Made by a program: the position numbers and the translations under genes
Shown here: positions 45,813-50,836 of the stretch, piece by piece
How the letters are laid out: the number at the start of each line of letters is the position of its first letter
Position numbering within the stretch: position 1 is the stretch's first letter
Source: a virus
Taxonomy: Duplodnaviria > Caudoviricetes
Virus record (IMG/VR): IMGVR_UViG_3300020016_000007
Span: 1 to 50,836 of that record
Direction: 5' to 3' (one strand)
Length of the DNA stretch: 50,836 nucleotides
The notes under the pieces: generated by a model
What the model was told of the DNA's origin: nothing
Seen by the model: only the letters and a program-made list of their open reading frames with translations
Databases searched by the model: none

Positions 45813-46559
45813 TTACCTCATTCGGCGTGCGCCGATAAATCCGTAACCAGTTCCACTGCCACTAGCGAAAGAGGCAGAACCAACTAGAAATATAGTTGTA
45901 GTGGAATTTAAAATCTGTTGAATAGGACCGGCTCCTACCCCTATTTGAGAAGCGGATGTCCCAACCCATTGCTGCATACTTCCACCGCCCGGACGTGTAG
46001 GGTGGGTGTTACTTACAGTACTGATGGATGACTCTACTTGAATAATATTCGCACCAGCTTGAACGTAAATGTTCCCCCAGACTTGCCAATCTCCAGCTGT
46101 CAATGAGATACTAGTAATGTTAATGGCTGTGCCGCTAACCATACTAACACCACTACCTTGCACAATATTAGAAGAAATGAATTCCCCAACATTACCTGCA
46201 TTAGCAGCTACGTTACTACCTAGGCCGGGTATTTGACCGGGCTGTAGCGCTCCTGTATCTTCAGCTAGAAGGACTAAAGCTACTTGAGGAGGATTCGTAA
46301 AGGAGACTTTACTTCCGGTGGAAGAAAATAAGATGGTAGTTCTAGCAATCGTAACCGTACCTGAAGTGTAAGTGCCTTGGCCGACTTCCCATTGAGTAAG
46401 ATCAGCACTCTCCGCTCTGTAATGGTATGTATTACCACTAGTAGCACCTGCAGAAGCTGGAGTTTGATACCCAGTTACTGCTGCAGACACAACAAAGTCT
46501 CCGGTACCATTACTAGTAGCCAGAAATCTACATACATCTACAAAAGAGGCTACAGTCAT
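45813..46559 (-). CDS. Virion / fibre-associated protein
   Basis: QWEVG.GTY...T..R N-terminal domain; C-terminal domain paralogous to fibre 2. Confidence 0.65.
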   Translation of the reverse strand: MTVASFVDVCRFLATSNGTGDFVVSAAVTGYQTPASAGATSGNTYHYRAESADLTQWEVGQGTYTSGTVTIARTTILFSSTGSKVSFTNPPQVALVLLAEDTGALQPGQIPGLGSNVAANAGNVGEFISSNIVQGSGVSMVSGTAINITSISLTAGDWQVWGNIYVQAGANIIQVESSISTVSNTHPTRPGGGSMQQWVGTSASQIGVGAGPIQQILNSTTTIFLVGSASFASGSGTGYGFIGARRMR

Positions 46560-46819
46560 GCTATTCGGAGACGCTCACGCGCCTCCATTCTTTTCATTTT
46601 CTCTTCGAAGGGATCACACCCTTTGCCTACACAATTCCCACAGATGAAGGACGGGCGGTGTTTATCTCCACAGAGATGACAAATACCACCCATATCTTCA
46701 GCGCGCATCATAGGTTTAACAACCTTGACACGATTGCAATGGGCACAGGTGAACGTATCCCGCTCACCCGTTCCCGGATCAGGCCCTGTAATGATAGTAT
46801 ATCCTTGCGCTTGGCGCAT
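46556..46819 (-). CDS. Zn-binding hypothetical protein
   Basis: CAHC, CHLC and CGNC motifs. Confidence 0.65.
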   Translation of the reverse strand: MRQAQGYTIITGPDPGTGERDTFTCAHCNRVKVVKPMMRAEDMGGICHLCGDKHRPSFICGNCVGKGCDPFEEKMKRMEARERLRIA

Positions 46820-46822
46820 GGA

Positions 46823-47302
46823 TTACTCTACAAAGAAGATAGTCGCGACGCCAGTAGAAGCATAGGTAGGAGAATAAGCACGACAACCGACACCAGTTAC
46901 AGTAGTAGCTGGAATGATCATTGCTGACTTCTCATCACGAGCGATCCAACGCTGTGAGTTACGTTGATTGAGTGCAACGGCCATAAGCGAGACGCCCATC
47001 GTGGGTTCTGCAGTATGATTGCCTGTAGCAACAAGACCAGCGGCTGTATCAGCTAGGTCCATCGGAGAAGGAGTTAAAGCAGTACCTGTACCAACAGTGG
47101 TATTTCGGATGAACTCCCACGTGATTGCGCAGTCTGTGGCGTTAGGAGCGCCATCTGCACCCACTTCCCATTCATAAATCCAACCACGCTTCAGCGTAGC
47201 TGCACCAGTGAGGGCAGTAAGGTTGATGAGGGTTTTACCGGGAGAAGCAACGAGTGATTGCTGAGTACCGGCTTGTTTGTTGTTAGTAGAATAGAGAGCC
47301 AT
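46823..47302 (-). CDS. Hypothetical, probably structural protein
   Basis: Thr/Ala/Gly-rich beta-type sequence; AAGG RBS. Confidence 0.7.
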   Translation of the reverse strand: MALYSTNNKQAGTQQSLVASPGKTLINLTALTGAATLKRGWIYEWEVGADGAPNATDCAITWEFIRNTTVGTGTALTPSPMDLADTAAGLVATGNHTAEPTMGVSLMAVALNQRNSQRWIARDEKSAMIIPATTVTGVGCRAYSPTYASTGVATIFFVE

Positions 47303-47311
47303 TTTTACCTT

Positions 47312-47608
47312 TTATGGGAAGACGCCAGCGACGGTTGTTACGTGCTGTCCGCCATTAGTGTAGGGGGAGACAGAACAATTAAGACTACCATCAGGTGCCC
47401 TAATTGGGTTTGGAATACCTCCTACAGGAGCAGGAGAATTAGTTATATAGATTGCACCACAAGGGTGAGTAGAACCAACGTAACTACCACCGGGAGCTAC
47501 GATAGCATTTTGAGCACCGTCTACACTTATAGAACCAGTATAGGCTGCTCCACTGACGATAGCGATATTAATAGAACCATCTGCAGCGTGTAATCCAGTA
47601 TATGCCAC
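47312..47608 (-). CDS. Hypothetical, probably structural protein
   Basis: Repeated Y[TV]G and DG[SA] motifs. Confidence 0.6.
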   Translation of the reverse strand: MAYTGLHAADGSINIAIVSGAAYTGSISVDGAQNAIVAPGGSYVGSTHPCGAIYITNSPAPVGGIPNPIRAPDGSLNCSVSPYTNGGQHVTTVAGVFP

Positions 47609-47964
47609 TAGTCTTGTTCTTCTTTAAAGAGTTTCTTTACTTTTTTAGAAACTGGAGTTAATTGGGAATCGTCAGTATTGACGTAAATTCCTTTGATAGC
47701 TGCATTACGAACGCGCATATTCCAAAGGTCATCTCTGATGTTTGTAACTCTAGAATCGAGACCAGAGAATCTTATATCGTCGTGTCTTTCATGATATTCT
47801 AGTTTCTCAAGAATAGTTTGTTCAACACTTTTAATTTGCTGAAATACAAAGTTTTTAATCCCTGAGAATTGGTTGGACAGCCACCAAGCTAATCCCCATA
47901 CAGTGCCTCCTACGAAGACACCTACAGACAAACCTACTAAAATCACATCAGGTATCTTGTCCAT
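47608..47964 (-). CDS. Membrane-anchored hypothetical protein
   Basis: N-terminal TM segment followed by a coiled coil. Confidence 0.65.
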   Translation of the reverse strand: MDKIPDVILVGLSVGVFVGGTVWGLAWWLSNQFSGIKNFVFQQIKSVEQTILEKLEYHERHDDIRFSGLDSRVTNIRDDLWNMRVRNAAIKGIYVNTDDSQLTPVSKKVKKLFKEEQD

Positions 47965-47967
47965 TCA

Positions 47968-48174
47968 TCACCGAAAGTCTAGGTTGCCCATAGCCTTGAT
48001 ATCAGCACGACGTTCTTCTAGAGTTTCGTCACCTGAAAGGATGCGAAGATCACCTCTTTCCTTAGCATACAACATATCTTTAGTAATATGTTCTATGGAA
48101 TATTGTTTCTTCGGAGGAAGTGAGACATCATCAATGGTGATATCTTTATCAGTCATGTTAGTAATTACATACAT
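47968..48174 (-). CDS. Hypothetical small protein
   Basis: Coupled ORF on the late strand. Confidence 0.55.
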   Translation of the reverse strand: MYVITNMTDKDITIDDVSLPPKKQYSIEHITKDMLYAKERGDLRILSGDETLEERRADIKAMGNLDFR

Positions 48175-48422
48175 TAAATCAACGATTTGTTGGGCATAAG
48201 AAGAGGGTTCTTGAACTTACTAGCAGCTGCTTCTGAATCAAGAATAAGTTTTAATGCCTGTTGGGTTATAATACCATTCAGGACTAACAGCCCCTTGAGG
48301 TCTAGTTGTTCTAGACTCTCTTGGAGCTGATTAGTCTTTTTAGAAAGATCAGGGACGTTATTTATAGCCTTTAACCTTCTTGTCTTTCTTTTTGTCTTTC
48401 TTGGAACCTTCTTTGATTCCAA
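48174..48422 (-). CDS. Hypothetical small protein (start uncertain)
   Basis: Late-strand ORF; 5' part overlaps a short Lys-rich ORF at ~48358-48471. Confidence 0.35.
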   Translation of the reverse strand: MESKKVPRKTKRKTRRLKAINNVPDLSKKTNQLQESLEQLDLKGLLVLNGIITQQALKLILDSEAAASKFKNPLLMPNKSLI

Positions 48423-48477
48423 GTTTCTTATCTCTGGCCATATCGGCCTTTTTAGCGAGCGACATAGCCATGATTAG

Positions 48478-48687
48478 TTACACCTGAGGAGTGTTAGCAG
48501 TAACAGCGTCCTGAAGCTTCTGGGTGTTAGCTGTGATATCAGCAATAACCTTATCGAGAGCAGCTGGATCGTTAGCAGCCTGAGCATCCTTAAGCTGTTG
48601 GACAATACCGTTCAGAAGAACGATGATTGAGTCTTCTACAGTCGATTGAGCAGCGACTGCAGCATTGATGTCTTGGATTGTAGCCAT
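48478..48687 (-). CDS. Ala-rich coiled-coil small protein
   Basis: MATIQDINAAV...AVTANTP; AAGG RBS. Confidence 0.65.
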   Translation of the reverse strand: MATIQDINAAVAAQSTVEDSIIVLLNGIVQQLKDAQAANDPAALDKVIADITANTQKLQDAVTANTPQV

Positions 48688-48907
48688 GAGTATGTTAACC
48701 TTAATGTTAAGTTCGTGTAGGAGATATAGTTGTAACCAGTTACGGTCTCGGTGATGTCGATGACGATGCATCAGACTGCAATTTGGGACCAAGCAATGGA
48801 GCCTACGAAGAGAGGCAGGGCCATAGTTGGTGCAAGCCAGAGTGCGACAGTGCCAGCGACTAGAAAGCCGACAGCAAAGATAACCTTAACGATTGAAAAC
48901 GCTTGGG

Positions 48908-49333
48908 TCATTTCGTCCAACCAGTCTTCACAGGTTGTGATTTAACTGTATCGGTAGTCTTATTAAGTTTTTGGTCTAGCTTCTTATCAGCTTCTGCCTT
49001 ACGGCGTTCGATGTCTTTCTGATTAGCTTCTGCCTGACGTTGACGGAGAGCCTGAGCTTCCGCTACTTCGTTGGCAGACGTATCATAAGACGGAGGAATA
49101 CCTAGGCGGACAGCCTTGACGTCTTCATCCTTGACGGTATTGACGTTATCGTATTTGCTAGGGTAGTTCTTCTCGATAGACTTCTTTTCGTCTTCAGTGA
49201 AGTAAACATCCTTTAGTTTAACATTCTCACCATTACCATCAGAATACGTGACGTAGATGATCTCGTCAGGAATACTGTGGACGGGTTGCGTGATAGCTCC
49301 GACGGAGACCTCACGGTTCTTATAAATAGCCAT
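48908..49333 (-). CDS. Hypothetical protein, first gene of the late arm
   Basis: 141-aa ORF directly downstream of the late promoter. Confidence 0.75.
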   Translation of the reverse strand: MAIYKNREVSVGAITQPVHSIPDEIIYVTYSDGNGENVKLKDVYFTEDEKKSIEKNYPSKYDNVNTVKDEDVKAVRLGIPPSYDTSANEVAEAQALRQRQAEANQKDIERRKAEADKKLDQKLNKTTDTVKSQPVKTGWTK

Positions 49334-49360
49334 ATTTTTCTTTCTAAGACTCAGGGAGCC

Positions 49361-49389
49361 TTGACTTATAATTAGAATTGATATATACT
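49361..49389 (+). promoter_or_regulatory. Sigma70 promoter (rightward)
   Basis: TTGACT-17-TATACT. Confidence 0.75.
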
Positions 49390-49432
49390 ACGGGGAGGTC
49401 TATTTAGTAGTTCTTATGTTACCCTTAACATT

Positions 49433-49461
49433 AGTATACACTAAAATCACAGAGATGTCAA
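49433..49461 (-). promoter_or_regulatory. Sigma70 promoter (leftward, late arm)
   Basis: Minus strand TTGACA-17-TATACT. Confidence 0.8.
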
Positions 49462-49465
49462 GGAA

Positions 49466-49807
49466 ATGAAGGTTTTAGTATGTGGAAGCAGGACTTTTAC
49501 CAATTACGAAAGAATGAAAGAAACATTAAATGCTTATAACATCACAGAAATCATCCACGGAGGGGCCAGAGGTGCAGATACACTTGCCGGACGATACGGG
49601 AATGAAGTTTCTATACCTATGCAGGTCTTTCTTGCCGAGTGGAACACCCATGGACGAAGCGCAGGCCCAATCCGTAATAGACGAATGCTCACAGAAGGCG
49701 ACCCTGAAATGGTTATTGCCTTCTGGGACGGAAAGAGCAGAGGAACCCAGAATATGATTGATCAAGCAAAGAAAGCAGGAGTGCCTGTTCATGAAGTTAC
49801 AATTTAG
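49466..49807 (+). CDS. SLOG family protein (YspA/DUF2493-like)
   Basis: VLVCGSR.F, IIHGGARGAD, SAGPIRN..M, FWDGKSRGT..MI. Confidence 0.9.
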   Translation: MKVLVCGSRTFTNYERMKETLNAYNITEIIHGGARGADTLAGRYGNEVSIPMQVFLAEWNTHGRSAGPIRNRRMLTEGDPEMVIAFWDGKSRGTQNMIDQAKKAGVPVHEVTI

Positions 49808-50069
49808 CGACCTAGGCAGTATGAATGTTCCGAAGTATTGTCGGAAGATCATGAAGATGGATGACTACCCTAAAACGTTAGAAATCTATCGTGGGGATAT
49901 GCTTTGTTTGACCGTAAACGTCGATAAGGCTAGTAGGCTTCTACTCGTAGAGAATGATAGAGTTGGACCCGTTTACAAGAAATACGTCCCAATGTCAGAA
50001 GAAAAGAAGCAGAGATTACGTTTAAAAGGGGCAACACTGAGGTCAGCATCTACCCAAGGAGAGGTTTAA
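49791..50069 (+). CDS. Hypothetical protein
   Basis: AGGAG RBS; LEIYRGDMLCL. Confidence 0.6.
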   Translation: MKLQFSDLGSMNVPKYCRKIMKMDDYPKTLEIYRGDMLCLTVNVDKASRLLLVENDRVGPVYKKYVPMSEEKKQRLRLKGATLRSASTQGEV

Positions 50070-50357
50070 ATGACAAAAGAGTACCCTACTAGCCTAGAGG
50101 GGCTAAAATCGCTCAGTGAGGCTCAGTTAGACGATTTACAGTGGGCGAAGGAATTTATGGAAAGATATGAAAGAAAACATCGTTTACAACCTAGATTTAA
50201 ACATAGAGGTAAAATGAAACAAGATGATCCTTGGTGGAAGCCGTTGGTTTTAGAGAACGGTAAGCTAGACGATACGAAGACTACCTCTGAGTATGAAAGA
50301 GGTTATATAGATTGTTGGAATGAAAATGAAATTAGACACAATTATAGATTTAGATAA
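50070..50357 (+). CDS. Hypothetical protein
   Basis: GGAGAGG RBS. Confidence 0.6.
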   Translation: MTKEYPTSLEGLKSLSEAQLDDLQWAKEFMERYERKHRLQPRFKHRGKMKQDDPWWKPLVLENGKLDDTKTTSEYERGYIDCWNENEIRHNYRFR

Positions 50358-50710
50358 ATGGAATGTTTACGCTATGGGTGATTTGAAGGTACCTTTGATT
50401 ATTGGGGGTGTGATATTGGTGTCGTTTGTTGTCGCGGAGATATTAGGAGCTTGGTGGAAGAATGGGAATTAAGTTTAAGCAAGAAAGTATATTCCACGAA
50501 TGGAATAAGGAAAAGGATGGATTAGATATCTTAGTTATTCTTGAAACAGAAGATAAACAATTCCATCAAATGGTGAAATTTATTCCTAAATCGTATATAG
50601 AAAAATTTCTGGCGAGATAAATTTGAGGTGTACTTCATGCGCGATCAAGGGACCCCCGACCCCCTATGGTCGGTTTTGGGCCGTCACGGCATTCAATCGC
50701 GCACGATTTA

Positions 50711-50836
50711 ATCGTACACGCGCGTCTCGGGTGCGATGATATCGTGTAAGCTACTTCTCTCGTAAGCATACTCATGGTATACGGTATTGCAGATACCATA
50801 CGGTATAAGTTACATTGATACGTAAGCAATCCATAA
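50711..50836 (+). repeat. Right copy of 126-bp terminal direct repeat
   Basis: Identical to 17-142. Confidence 0.9.

Noticed and set aside
1-50836. Phage RNA polymerase, integrase, ribonucleotide reductase or alternative genetic code
   Set aside because: No ORF with those motifs was seen, and core genes are intact under the standard code with all three stop codons in use.

Overview
This window looks like a complete or near-complete ~50.8-kb lytic podovirus genome. A 126-bp direct repeat joins the ends (17-142 = 50711-50836). It has two convergent arms that meet at a bidirectional terminator (~20.9 kb). The + arm carries small early genes, degenerate class-II amidotransferase-like and gamma-glutamylcyclotransferase-like genes, a T7-type primase-helicase, a family A DNA polymerase, an SSB, a PD-(D/E)XK exonuclease and endonuclease VII. 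The - arm carries terminase, portal, scaffold, capsid, tail fibres, lysis genes, tail tubular A/B and three internal virion proteins. I found no RNA polymerase, integrase or RNR, and strong host sigma70-type promoters are present. This architecture resembles SIO1/VpV262-like (Zobellviridae-type) podoviruses; an alphaproteobacterial host is my inference. The standout is a ~2.4-kb region with no credible CDS (14756-17155), directly after a DIP1984/DUF6847-like gene and densely packed with RNA hairpins. It contains a ~270-nt RNA with a 7-nt-periodic repeat tract, an anti-Shine-Dalgarno hairpin and a tRNA-sized CCA-ending element. It also holds a ~1.75-kb giant structured RNA that ends in a 16S-like GGAcaACCTCCTTA and has several short 16S-like motifs in collinear order. 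Other oddities are a strand-polarised 9-mer (CTGACAGGT, 8 copies seen), paired steric-gate and O-helix substitutions in the polymerase, a consensus promoter inside polA, a 179-nt rod RNA, and a repeat protein fused to a KTSC domain. All assignments were made by eye; no searches or folding programs were run.
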